A stretch of 64,000 nt of DNA, from assembly GCA_021827745.1 (NCBI GenBank), contig JAKAUI010000037.1, positions 6,742-70,741 of the forward strand, in the 5' to 3' direction. This document shows, piece after piece, positions 46,865 through 55,957 of the stretch; the stretch's first letter is position 1; every line of letters begins with the position of its first letter. The notes below the pieces were generated by a model. It was not told the DNA's origin. It did no database searches and was given only the letters and a program-made list of their open reading frames with translations. This DNA comes from Bacillota bacterium. GTDB taxonomy: Bacteria; Bacillota; Sulfobacillia; JAJZYS01; JAJZLH01. Position numbers and translations under genes: made by a program.

Positions 46865-47561
46865 CGACAAGACCCCGGCCCAGGGGACGGGCCCGATGGT
46901 GCTGGTGGTCGAAGACGACGGTGCCATCCGCGAGCTGATCCGCTTTCACCTGGAGCGGGCCGGCTTTATGGTCACTGAGGCCGAGGACGGCTTGGCGGCG
47001 CTCGCAGGCTGGCAGAGCGAGCGGCCCGATCTGGTCGTGCTCGACCTGATGCTGCCCGAGATGGACGGGCTCGCCGTCTGCCGGGCCATCCGCCGCCAGG
47101 CCATGACGCCGATCCTGATCCTGACCGCCAAGGGAGACGAGGCGGATCGGGTGAGCGGACTGGACCTCGGTGCCGACGACTACATGGTGAAGCCGTTCTC
47201 GCCAAAGGAGCTGGTCGCCCGGGTGCGCGCCCTCTTGCGGCGGACGGTCCCCACCGACGAGCTGCTGCGGATGGGGGCGGTGGTGCTCGATCGTCCAGGC
47301 CAGCGCGTGACCGTGGCCGGTCAGCCCGTCACCCTCACCCTGACCGAGTTCTCGCTCCTGCGCTGCCTGCTCGAGCATCCGGGGCGGGTGCTCAGTCGGC
47401 GCTTTTTGCTGCAAGAGGTTTGGGGCTATGACTTCTTCGGGGACAGCCGGACGGTGGACGTGCACATCCACCACCTGCGCGAGAAGGTCGGCGAGCCCTC
47501 TCAGCTGCTGATCGAAACGGTGCGGGGCGCCGGCTATCGCCTGGTCGGTGAGGAGAGGTGA
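46857..47561 (+). CDS. OmpR/PhoB-family response regulator
   Basis: Receiver domain (DLVVLDLMLPEMDG, phospho-Asp) plus winged-helix (VDVHIHHLREKV...GAGYRL). Confidence 0.85.
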   Translation: MADDKTPAQGTGPMVLVVEDDGAIRELIRFHLERAGFMVTEAEDGLAALAGWQSERPDLVVLDLMLPEMDGLAVCRAIRRQAMTPILILTAKGDEADRVSGLDLGADDYMVKPFSPKELVARVRALLRRTVPTDELLRMGAVVLDRPGQRVTVAGQPVTLTLTEFSLLRCLLEHPGRVLSRRFLLQEVWGYDFFGDSRTVDVHIHHLREKVGEPSQLLIETVRGAGYRLVGEER

Positions 47562-48871
47562 GCCACTCGAGCTGGATCCCTCTGATCGGCGCCGCTGTAG
47601 GCGGAGTGATCGGCGTCGCCTTCGGCCCGGGCGCCCTTGTCGCCGGCATGCTGGTCGGCACCGCTGCCGGGTCGATCTACCTGTCTGCTGCGGAGCGCAG
47701 GCGGGGGCAGGCCGAGTGGGAGTACGACCAGTTGGTCCGCCGACTGCGCCAGCTTGCCGGCGGTGAGGGCGACGCGGCGGCGAGTCTTGACCTCGTGGAA
47801 GCCGAGCTGGGCGACCGCCGGGTGCAGGCGGAGGCTCAGAGCTCGCTGCTCAGCCAGCTGGACGTCGGCGTGGTGCTGATCGACGCGAGAAGGCGAATCA
47901 CCGCCATCACGCCCAGAGCGGTGGCGCTGCTCGGGGTGCTGCCGGCGGCGGTCGTCGGGCTGCCGCTCTTGGCCGTCTCCGGCATGCTGCCGGTCGAAGG
48001 CGCACTGGCGGCGGCAGATGGGACCGAACGACAGGTTGAGCTTCAGGGGGCGGACGGCGGCCAGCTGGCGGTCCGGGTGCTGTCGCTGGGTCAGGGCTGG
48101 GCCCTTGTGATCCGAGATGTGACGGAGCTCTACCATCTGCAGGAGGCCGGCCAGGAACTGGTGGCCAACCTCTCGCATGAGCTGCGGACGCCTCTGACCG
48201 CCATTCGCGGCTACCTGGAGACAGCGATGGACGACGCCTTGAGCGCAGACGAGCATCGCCGCTTCCTTAGGGTGGCGATGCGCGAGGTGCAGCGGATGGG
48301 CGCCATGGTCGACAGCATGCTCGACCTCTCCACCCTCGAGGCACGGCGCCGACCGCCGGAGTTTCGGGCCATCGACATCGACCAGCTGATCGCAGAGATC
48401 GGCGAGTCGCTGCTGCCCGTGTTCTCCGGACGGCAGATCACGCTCACCTGCCGACCGCAGAGCGGGCAGATCGTGCGCAGCGATCCCTCGTTTTTGCAGG
48501 AGATTCTGCTGAACTGCCTGGACAACGCCCAGAAGTACACCGCCCCCGGCGGGGAGGTCACGCTCGGCGCCCAGGTCGCGGGCGACCAGGTTGTTCTGAC
48601 GGTGAGCGACACCGGCCGCGGCATCTCGGCGGAAGATCTGCCGCACATCTTCGACCGCTTCTACCGTGTCGACCGGGCGCGCAGCCGGGCGTCCGGCGGC
48701 ACCGGTCTGGGGCTTGCCATCGCCCACCGTCTGGCCGAGGCGATCGGGGCCAGCTTGGTTGCGACCAGTGAACCGGGAGTCGGGACCACCTTTCGCCTGG
48801 AACTGCCCTCTGCCAGCGCCGAGGAGTCCCGCCTCGACGTCGCCCCGGCCGAAGGATTCACCGAACCTTAA
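47558..48871 (+). CDS. Sensor histidine kinase (PhoR-like)
   Basis: N-terminal TM; H-box LSHELRTPLTAIRGY; N, G1, G2 boxes (DTGRGI, GGTGLGLAI). Confidence 0.85.
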   Translation: MSHSSWIPLIGAAVGGVIGVAFGPGALVAGMLVGTAAGSIYLSAAERRRGQAEWEYDQLVRRLRQLAGGEGDAAASLDLVEAELGDRRVQAEAQSSLLSQLDVGVVLIDARRRITAITPRAVALLGVLPAAVVGLPLLAVSGMLPVEGALAAADGTERQVELQGADGGQLAVRVLSLGQGWALVIRDVTELYHLQEAGQELVANLSHELRTPLTAIRGYLETAMDDALSADEHRRFLRVAMREVQRMGAMVDSMLDLSTLEARRRPPEFRAIDIDQLIAEIGESLLPVFSGRQITLTCRPQSGQIVRSDPSFLQEILLNCLDNAQKYTAPGGEVTLGAQVAGDQVVLTVSDTGRGISAEDLPHIFDRFYRVDRARSRASGGTGLGLAIAHRLAEAIGASLVATSEPGVGTTFRLELPSASAEESRLDVAPAEGFTEP

Positions 48872-48957
48872 GATGGCGGGGCGGCCGTCGCCTTGTACCC
48901 GGCTCCCCGGTTGCGCATGATACGTGAGGATGAGGCAGGTGGCGAGGAGGGCATCCG

Positions 48958-49719
48958 TTGGCGGACCAGACCCTGCGCATTGAGGTTCGCCACCTGGACC
49001 TGTTCTACGGGCAGGTGCAGGCCCTGAAGGACATCAATCTGCAGGTGATGTCCGGGCTGGTCACGGCCCTGGTCGGACCGAGCGGCTGCGGCAAGTCGTC
49101 GTTTCTGCGCACCATCAACCGGATGAACGACGTGATCCCCGGCGCCCGGATGAACGGCGACGTGCTGGTCGATGGCGTGGACGTTTACGGCGCCATGGAC
49201 GTGGCCACCCTGCGCAAGCGGGTGGGGATGGTGTTCCAGAAGCCGAACCCCTTCCCCCGCTCCATCTTCGAGAATGTCGCCTATGGGCCCCGGATTCACG
49301 GCCAACGCAAGCCGGCTGACCTGGCCGAGACCGTGGAGCGAAGCCTGCGCCAGGCGGCGCTCTGGGACGAGGTGAAGGACAAGCTGCACCGCTCGGCCTA
49401 CACCCTGTCCGGCGGCCAGCAGCAGCGGCTGTGCATCGCCCGGGCGCTGGCCGTCGGGCCCGAGATCCTCTTGATGGACGAGCCGGCCTCTGCCCTCGAC
49501 CCGATCGCCACGGCCCGGATCGAGGAGTTGGTCCATCAGCTGAAGACCTCCTACACCATCGTGATCGTCACCCACAACCTGCAGCAGGCGTCGCGCGTCT
49601 CCCAGCATGCCGCCTTCTTCCTCTCCGGGGAGCTGGTCGAGGCGGGGAGCACGTCCGATCTGTTCACGGCGCCCCGGGACAAGCGGACCGAGGACTATCT
49701 GACCGGTCGATTCGGATAG
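48958..49719 (+). CDS. pstB: Phosphate ABC transporter ATP-binding protein
   Basis: [34 protein letters not shown] and a PstB-specific C-terminus; TTG start. Confidence 0.9.
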   Translation: MADQTLRIEVRHLDLFYGQVQALKDINLQVMSGLVTALVGPSGCGKSSFLRTINRMNDVIPGARMNGDVLVDGVDVYGAMDVATLRKRVGMVFQKPNPFPRSIFENVAYGPRIHGQRKPADLAETVERSLRQAALWDEVKDKLHRSAYTLSGGQQQRLCIARALAVGPEILLMDEPASALDPIATARIEELVHQLKTSYTIVIVTHNLQQASRVSQHAAFFLSGELVEAGSTSDLFTAPRDKRTEDYLTGRFG

Positions 49720-49730
49720 GGGGAAAGGGC

Positions 49731-50393
49731 ATGTCGATGCATCCGTCTCCGTTTCACGACCAGTTGGATGCCCTGCAGCAAGATGTGCTGAAGATGGGCA
49801 CCATCGTCGAGCAGGCGCTGGACGAGGCGGTGCGCGCCCTGGCTGTGGGCGACCTCGAGGCAGCCCAGCGCGTCATCGCCGGAGACGACGAGCTGGACCG
49901 CATGGAGATCGAAATCGAGCAGACCTGCCTCACCCTGATCGCCCTCCATCAGCCGCTGGCCGGCGATCTCAGGGTCTTGGGCACGGCGCTCAAGCTGGTG
50001 ACCGACATCGAGCGGATCGGGGACCATGCCGTGGACATTGCCAAGGTGGTGATCCGGCTGGACGCGGAGCCCCTGATCAAGCCGCTGATCGACATCCCGG
50101 AGATGGCTGACGTGGTGCGCCGGATGCTCCGGGAGTGCCTCAGCGCGTATGTCCGCAGGGATCCCACCCTGGCCAGAGAGGTGATGGGACTCGACGACCA
50201 GGTGGACCACCTCTACTCCAAGGTCTTCCGGGATCTCCTGGCCCGCATGATCGAGAGTCCGGACAAGACGCGCCAGGGCGCCTACCTGCTGCTGGTGGCG
50301 CAGTATCTGGAGCGGGTGGGCGACCACGCCACCAACTTCGGTGAGTGGATCGTGTATATGGTGACGGGTGAGAGAGTCGATCTGAACGCCTGA
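49731..50393 (+). CDS. phoU: Phosphate signalling complex protein PhoU
   Basis: Duplicated PhoU repeats with DIERIGDHA and YLERVGDHATN. Confidence 0.85.
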   Translation: MSMHPSPFHDQLDALQQDVLKMGTIVEQALDEAVRALAVGDLEAAQRVIAGDDELDRMEIEIEQTCLTLIALHQPLAGDLRVLGTALKLVTDIERIGDHAVDIAKVVIRLDAEPLIKPLIDIPEMADVVRRMLRECLSAYVRRDPTLAREVMGLDDQVDHLYSKVFRDLLARMIESPDKTRQGAYLLLVAQYLERVGDHATNFGEWIVYMVTGERVDLNA

Positions 50394-50447
50394 CCCTAGG
50401 CAAAACCTGACACATGGTGCTGTGAGTGTCAGGAAAATTGGGTGAAC

Positions 50448-50464
50448 TGTTAAAAAAGATGACA
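50448..50464. promoter_or_regulatory. GlnR/TnrA box (TGTNA-N7-TNACA) upstream of glnRA
   Basis: TGTTA-AAAAAGA-TGACA is a perfect match to the Bacillus-type consensus, immediately upstream of the -35. Confidence 0.6.
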
Positions 50465-50469
50465 CAACA

Positions 50470-50498
50470 TTGACATTGCTCCAGCCTCTCCCTAGGCT
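50470..50498 (+). promoter_or_regulatory. Sigma-70-type promoter of the glnRA operon
   Basis: TTGACA-N17-TAGGCT, about 20 nt upstream of the glnR RBS GGGGGTGAGGA. Confidence 0.55.
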
Positions 50499-50518
50499 TT
50501 GGCCCAGGGGGTGAGGAC

Positions 50519-50863
50519 ATGGCGCTTGTCCCGATGCGAGTGGCGATGGAGCGGACGGGGCTCAGCGCCCGGCAGATCAGGCACTACGAAGCGCAGGGGC
50601 TGGTGTCCCCTGTGCGCTCTGGTGGCGGGCAGCGGGCCTATCGGCAAGCGGACATCAGGCGGCTCCTGCAGGTGCGTGACCTCCTGCAGCAGGGGCTCGG
50701 CCTGGATGCGGCCAGGGCGCTTCTTGCCGGCGATGGGGGCGATGACGAGCCAGAGCGCCAGTGGCTCCCGGCCAGCGTGCCAAAGAGCCTCTACCCGGTG
50801 CTGGATCGGGCCGAGATGGAGCGAATCGTGGCCGAACGTCAACAGGAGGAGGACGATGCGTGA
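50519..50863 (+). CDS. glnR: MerR-family glutamine synthetase repressor GlnR
   Basis: MRVAMERTGLSARQIRHYEAQGLVSPVRSGGGQRAYRQADIRRLLQVRDL parallels B. subtilis GlnR [34 protein letters not shown]; directly upstream of glnA. Confidence 0.8.
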   Translation: MALVPMRVAMERTGLSARQIRHYEAQGLVSPVRSGGGQRAYRQADIRRLLQVRDLLQQGLGLDAARALLAGDGGDDEPERQWLPASVPKSLYPVLDRAEMERIVAERQQEEDDA

Positions 50864-52281
50864 ACGCGTCTGAGGTGCTCGAAGCGATCGTGCGGGACAA
50901 GATCGAGTTTGTCGACCTCAAGTTTTCGGACCTGCCCGGATCCTGGCACCACGTCACCCTGCCGGCCCGCGAACTGGAGGCGAGCAGCTTCACTGCCGGG
51001 CTGCCGTTTGACGGGTCGTCCTTGCGCGGGTTTCGGGAGATCGAAGAGTCGGACATGATCCTGATGCCCGATCCCAACACCGCCTTCGTCGACCCCTTCT
51101 ACGCCCACGCCACCTTGTCGCTGGTGGCGGACGTGCTGGACCCGGCGCTTCGTCCCTACGGCCGCGACCCGCGCGGCGTGGCCAAGCGGGCCGAGGCCTA
51201 TCTACTGGCTTCTGGCATCGCCGACCGCGCCTACTTCGGTCCAGAACTGGAGTTCTTCGTGTTCGACGATGTGCGCTTTGACAACAGCCCGAACTCAAGC
51301 TTCTTCTCGATCGACGGCGAGGAGTCAGCGTGGTCGAGCGGAGACGCCGGCAGCCGGCCGGGCTACCGAATCCGGGCCAAAGAGGGCTATGCGCCGGTAC
51401 CGCCCTTGGACGCCCTGAGCGACCTGCGCAGCGAGATGGTGCTCCACTTGGAGGCGGTCGGAATCCGGGTCGAGCGCCATCACCACGAGGTGGCGACGGC
51501 CGGCCAGGGCGAGATCGGCTTCACCTACGACACCCTGGTCAAGACCGCCGACAACGTGCTCAGCTTCAAGTACGTGGTCAAGAACACGGCGGTGGAAAAC
51601 GGGCGCAGCGCCACCTTCATGCCAAAGCCGCTGTTCGGCGACAACGGATCGGGCATGCACACGCACCAGTCGCTGTGGAAGGGCAAGACGCCGCTCTTCT
51701 TCGACCAGCAGGGCTACGGCCAGATGAGCGAGACGGCGCTCTTCTACATCGGCGGCATCCTGCGTCACGCCCCTGCGCTGGTCGGGCTGTGCAACGCCTC
51801 CACCAACTCGTTTCGCCGCCTGGTGCCCGGGTACGAGGCGCCGACCGACCTGGTCTTCTCCAAGGGCAACCGTTCGGCGGCGGTGCGGATTCCGATCTCG
51901 GCGGTGACGCCAAAGAGCAGCCGGATCGAATTTCGCACTCCGGACTCGACCGGAAACCCGTATCTGGCCCTTTCCGCCATGCTGATGGCCGGCCTGGACG
52001 GCATCAAGAACCGGATCGACCCGCGCAAGCTGGGCATGGGTCCGCTCGACAAGAACATCTATCACCTGAGTGAGCGCGACCGAAAGAAGATCCGCTCGGT
52101 TCCGTCGTCTTTGACCGAGGCATTGGGCGAGTTGAAGCGGGACCACGCCTTTTTGCTGGAGGGCGGTGTGTTCAGCCGCGACCTGGTCGAGGCCTGGATC
52201 GACTACAAGATGAGCCACGAGGTGCACGCGGTCGGACTGCGGCCAACCCCGTACGAATTTCAGCTCTACTACGACATCTAG
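50860..52281 (+). CDS. glnA: Glutamine synthetase, type I
   Basis: GTG overlaps the glnR stop; FDGSS, NGSGMHTHQS and the Tyr-adenylylation-loop region are characteristic GSI motifs. Confidence 0.9.
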   Translation: MNASEVLEAIVRDKIEFVDLKFSDLPGSWHHVTLPARELEASSFTAGLPFDGSSLRGFREIEESDMILMPDPNTAFVDPFYAHATLSLVADVLDPALRPYGRDPRGVAKRAEAYLLASGIADRAYFGPELEFFVFDDVRFDNSPNSSFFSIDGEESAWSSGDAGSRPGYRIRAKEGYAPVPPLDALSDLRSEMVLHLEAVGIRVERHHHEVATAGQGEIGFTYDTLVKTADNVLSFKYVVKNTAVENGRSATFMPKPLFGDNGSGMHTHQSLWKGKTPLFFDQQGYGQMSETALFYIGGILRHAPALVGLCNASTNSFRRLVPGYEAPTDLVFSKGNRSAAVRIPISAVTPKSSRIEFRTPDSTGNPYLALSAMLMAGLDGIKNRIDPRKLGMGPLDKNIYHLSERDRKKIRSVPSSLTEALGELKRDHAFLLEGGVFSRDLVEAWIDYKMSHEVHAVGLRPTPYEFQLYYDI

Positions 52282-52369
52282 ACCCGGGCCAGCCCTGTTC
52301 GCCAAGACCCGTCGGTGCGCCGCCGCGGGCGGTGCCCAGTTCGGGAGAGGGAGCCTGTAGCCTGAGACG

Positions 52370-52897
52370 ATGGGGAGGACGGCGGGCGTGGCCCTGACGA
52401 TCGCGGTCGATGACCCGGGTGCCAAGGACGTGCAGGATCTCTTGGCAGTCCATCTGGCCTTCTGCCACACGAGCAGCCCCCCTGAATATTCCCATGCGCT
52501 GGATGCCGTGGGCCTGCTGGATCCGGCGCTGACGGTCGTCAGCGCTCGAGAAGACAGCCGTCTGCTCGGCATCGGAGCCATCAAGCAGCTGAGCGCGGCG
52601 CACGGCGAGGTGAAATCGATGCATACCCGGGAGGCTGCACGGGGCAGGGGCGTGGGACGGGCGATCCTGGTCCGCCTGCTCGCCCTGGCCAGCGAGCGGG
52701 GCTATCGGCAGGTCAGCCTGGAGACCGGGACCACGCCTCACTTCGCGGCCGCCCGCGCCCTCTATGCCGACATGGGATTCACGTCCTGTGCACCCTTTTC
52801 CGACTATGTGGACAGTCCGTACAACACGTTCATGACGATCTGGCTGGACACCAAGGCGCCAAGGCCAATGGTCAGAGCGGTAGAGCCCAAGGGGTAG
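52370..52897 (+). CDS. GNAT family N-acetyltransferase
   Basis: HTREAARGRGVGRAILVRLL (acetyl-CoA motif A). Confidence 0.75.
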   Translation: MGRTAGVALTIAVDDPGAKDVQDLLAVHLAFCHTSSPPEYSHALDAVGLLDPALTVVSAREDSRLLGIGAIKQLSAAHGEVKSMHTREAARGRGVGRAILVRLLALASERGYRQVSLETGTTPHFAAARALYADMGFTSCAPFSDYVDSPYNTFMTIWLDTKAPRPMVRAVEPKG

Positions 52898-52983
52898 GAC
52901 CCATGCCCGGCCGATGGCCACTGTCCTGCCAAGGCCGGCAGACAGTGCAACCTTGGCAGCGGTACGGTGACGGGCATTTGGCT

Positions 52984-52989
52984 ATAATG
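52984..52989 (+). promoter_or_regulatory. Candidate -10 element (TATAAT) of the glycolytic operon
   Basis: A perfect TATAAT in a roughly 70% GC background, 35 nt upstream of the gap start; no convincing -35. Confidence 0.35.
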
Positions 52990-53023
52990 AAGCCGTCCGC
53001 TTGCACGTGCACGACTGGGAGGC

Positions 53024-54037
53024 ATGCCCGTGGTCAGCCATCGGCTCGGCATCAACGGCTTTGGAAGCATCGGCAGGCGGGCGCTGCGGATCGCTCTGCA
53101 AGACCCCAGGTGGCGAGACCGCCTGGCCGTGAACCACACACAGCCTCCAGCCATGATGGCGCACCTTCTGGCCCACGACTCCACCTATGGCCGATATCCG
53201 GGAACCGTGGTGGCGGAGGAGCACGCCCTGGTGGTAGACGGCCACCGGGTGCCGGTCACGGCAGAGCTGGACCCCAGCCGCATCCCCTGGCGCCAGGAAG
53301 ACGTCACCATCGTCTTGGAGTGCACGCCGAAGTTTCGAAAGCGGGTCGAGGCCGCCGCCCATCTTGCGGCCGGCGCCAGACTGGTGATCATCTCGGCGGC
53401 CGCCAAAGACGACGATCTGATGGTGATCTACGGCGTCAATCACAGCCGCTTCGATCCAAATCGCCACCAGGTGATCTCGGCCGGGTCGTGCACCACAAAC
53501 GCCCTGGTTCCGGTGCTGTCGGTCCTGGATCGCAGCTTCGGGATCGAGCGGGGCCTGCTCACGACGGTGCACAGCTACACCCGGGACCAGTCGCTGGTGG
53601 ACGGCAGTCACCATGACCTCAGGCGGGCCCGCACGGCCGGCGAGAGCATCATCCCGACCTCGACCGGCGCCGCCCTGGCCGTGAAGCGGGTGCTGCCGGA
53701 GTTGGAGGGCCGGGTGACCGGCCTCGCCCTGCGGGTGCCGACGCCGTCGGTGTCGATCGTCGATCTGAGCGCCGATCTGCGCCAGCCGGCGTCGGCCGAA
53801 GAGATCAACGCTGCCTTCCGGTCTGCTGCCACGGGCGATCTGAAGGGCGTGCTGGCCGTCGAAGACGAACCTCTGGTCTCGATCGACTTCCGGCAGAACC
53901 CGCACTCGGCGGTGGTCGACTCGGCCTTGACCCTGGCTGTCGGGACGATGGTCAAGGTCCTCGCCTGGTACGACAACGAATGGGCCTACGCCCAGCGCCT
54001 GATCGATCTCGCCACCTACGCAGACGCAGCGCTGTGA
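53024..54037 (+). CDS. gap: Glyceraldehyde-3-phosphate dehydrogenase, type I
   Basis: INGFGSIGRR (NAD) and SAGSCTTNALVP (catalytic Cys) with WYDNEWAY at the C-terminus. Confidence 0.9.
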   Translation: MPVVSHRLGINGFGSIGRRALRIALQDPRWRDRLAVNHTQPPAMMAHLLAHDSTYGRYPGTVVAEEHALVVDGHRVPVTAELDPSRIPWRQEDVTIVLECTPKFRKRVEAAAHLAAGARLVIISAAAKDDDLMVIYGVNHSRFDPNRHQVISAGSCTTNALVPVLSVLDRSFGIERGLLTTVHSYTRDQSLVDGSHHDLRRARTAGESIIPTSTGAALAVKRVLPELEGRVTGLALRVPTPSVSIVDLSADLRQPASAEEINAAFRSAATGDLKGVLAVEDEPLVSIDFRQNPHSAVVDSALTLAVGTMVKVLAWYDNEWAYAQRLIDLATYADAAL

Positions 54038-55197
54038 ACGCACTGCCCACGCTGGGCGAGCTGCCTGCCGCCGTGCGGCGCCTCCTCGTGCGGGTGGACT
54101 TCAACGTGCCCCTGAAAGGCGGCCAGGTGGCCGACGACTTCCGGATCAGGGCGGCCGCCCCGACGGTGCAGACGCTGCTTGAGCGCCAGGTGGGCGTGAC
54201 CTTGATCTCGCATCTGGGCCGGCCCGGCGGGCGACCGAACCTGTCTCTCAGCCTCGAGCCTCTGGCCGACGTGGTGGCTCGCCAGGTGGGGTGTCCCGTC
54301 AGCTTCGTGCCCGGCGTGCCCGGAGACAGCGCCTACCAGCAGGCGGTGCGCTCCGATCCGACGGTGGTCCTTTTGGCTGAGAATCTGCGCTTTGATCCGG
54401 GGGAGGAGGCCAACGACCCGGCCTTCGCCGCCCGCCTGGCCAGTGGCCACGACGGCTTCGTTCAAGACGCCTTCGGCACCCTGCACCGATCGCACGCCTC
54501 CACCGTCGCCGTGACAAAGACCCTGCCGTCTTGGGCTGGCCCCTTGGTGGCGGCCGAGGTGGCGGCCCTGGACGCACTCCTTAGCGATCCCCGCCGCCCC
54601 TTCGGACTGGTCGTCGGCGGCGCCAAGATGAAGGACAAGCTGCCGCTCTTGCGCCGACTGCTGCCCGAAGTCGACACCGTGCTGATCGGGGGCGCCCTGG
54701 CCAGCACCTTTTTGGCGGCGAGCGGCCTCGCCGTGGGGGCAAGCCTGTACGAACCCGGCGAGCTGGACAGCGCCCGTCTCCTGCTCGATGCCTGGCCGGA
54801 CGTGATCCACCTGCCAGACAGCGTGGTGGTGGAGCGGGCTGGCGGGGTGGAGGAGGTCAGCGCCGCAGAGGTTTTGTCAGATGCCAGGATCATGGACGTG
54901 GGAAGGCGAACGCTCAACGCCTGGCGGCCCATGGTGGCGGGTTTGGGCCGGCTTTTCTGGAACGGACCGATCGGGTTCTACGAGCGACCGCCCTTCGACC
55001 AGGGGACGGCTCAGCTCGCCCGCTTCGTCGGCGAGATGACAGGCATGTCGGTGGTCGGCGGCGGTGATTCTCTGGCGGCCGTCCGCCGGCTCGGCCTCGA
55101 AGCGTCGATCAGCCATCTGTCCACTGGCGGCGGCGCCGCACTGGCCTACCTTGAGGGCGACGTCCTGCCGGGTCTTATGGCACTGGAGGAAAGGTGA
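54034..55197 (+). CDS. pgk: Phosphoglycerate kinase
   Basis: GTGA overlap with gap; RVDFNVPL, GGGDS and STGGGA motifs. Confidence 0.9.
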   Translation: MNALPTLGELPAAVRRLLVRVDFNVPLKGGQVADDFRIRAAAPTVQTLLERQVGVTLISHLGRPGGRPNLSLSLEPLADVVARQVGCPVSFVPGVPGDSAYQQAVRSDPTVVLLAENLRFDPGEEANDPAFAARLASGHDGFVQDAFGTLHRSHASTVAVTKTLPSWAGPLVAAEVAALDALLSDPRRPFGLVVGGAKMKDKLPLLRRLLPEVDTVLIGGALASTFLAASGLAVGASLYEPGELDSARLLLDAWPDVIHLPDSVVVERAGGVEEVSAAEVLSDARIMDVGRRTLNAWRPMVAGLGRLFWNGPIGFYERPPFDQGTAQLARFVGEMTGMSVVGGGDSLAAVRRLGLEASISHLSTGGGAALAYLEGDVLPGLMALEER

Positions 55198-55201
55198 AGT
55201 C

Positions 55202-55957
55202 ATGACCCCGATGGTGGCGGCGAACTGGAAAATGCATAAGGGAGAAGCGGAGGCGGTGGCCTGGGCAGACATTGTCTCGGCACGCCTGCCCCAAGGCATC
55301 GAGGCGGTCGTCTTCCCACCGGCAACCGCTCTGACCGCCGTTCGCCAGACGGTGGCCGGCCGCGGTCTCCAACTCGGCGGACAGAACCTCTTCTACGAGT
55401 CGGCGGGTGCCTACACCGGCGAGATCTCGCCGAAGATGCTGATCGCCGCTGGCTGCCGCTACGTTCTGGTCGGCCACTCCGAGCGCCGCCAGATCTTCGG
55501 CGAAAGCGACCGCGAGGTGGGCATGCGGCTTAGGGCCGCCCTCGAGGCCGGGCTGACCCCTCTCTTCTGTGTCGGTGAGCAGATTGAGGACTATGAGCGG
55601 GCCGACTACCACGGCGCCATCCAGCGCCAGATGGGTGTCGCCCTGAAGGGGCTCGAGGCAGAGCAGGTCGCCCGGATCGTGATGGCCTACGAGCCGGTGT
55701 GGGCGATCGGCACCGGGCGTTCGGCCACCGTCGTGGAGGCGGAACGGTCCGCAGACATCATCCGCCAAGTGATCCGCCGCCTCTACGGCGCAGGGATCAA
55801 CCTGCCGATCGTCTATGGGGGCTCGGTGGTTCAGGAGAACATCAGCGGCTTTGTGACGGTGGCCCACTTGGACGGCGTGCTGATCGGATCGGCCAGCCTC
55901 GACGCCGAGCTGTTCTGCACGCTGATGGAAGAGGTGGCAGGGGCCGTGGCCCCGTGA
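55202..55957 (+). CDS. tpiA: Triosephosphate isomerase
   Basis: AANWKMHK, catalytic AYEPVWAIGTG, and GGS. Confidence 0.9.
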   Translation: MTPMVAANWKMHKGEAEAVAWADIVSARLPQGIEAVVFPPATALTAVRQTVAGRGLQLGGQNLFYESAGAYTGEISPKMLIAAGCRYVLVGHSERRQIFGESDREVGMRLRAALEAGLTPLFCVGEQIEDYERADYHGAIQRQMGVALKGLEAEQVARIVMAYEPVWAIGTGRSATVVEAERSADIIRQVIRRLYGAGINLPIVYGGSVVQENISGFVTVAHLDGVLIGSASLDAELFCTLMEEVAGAVAP

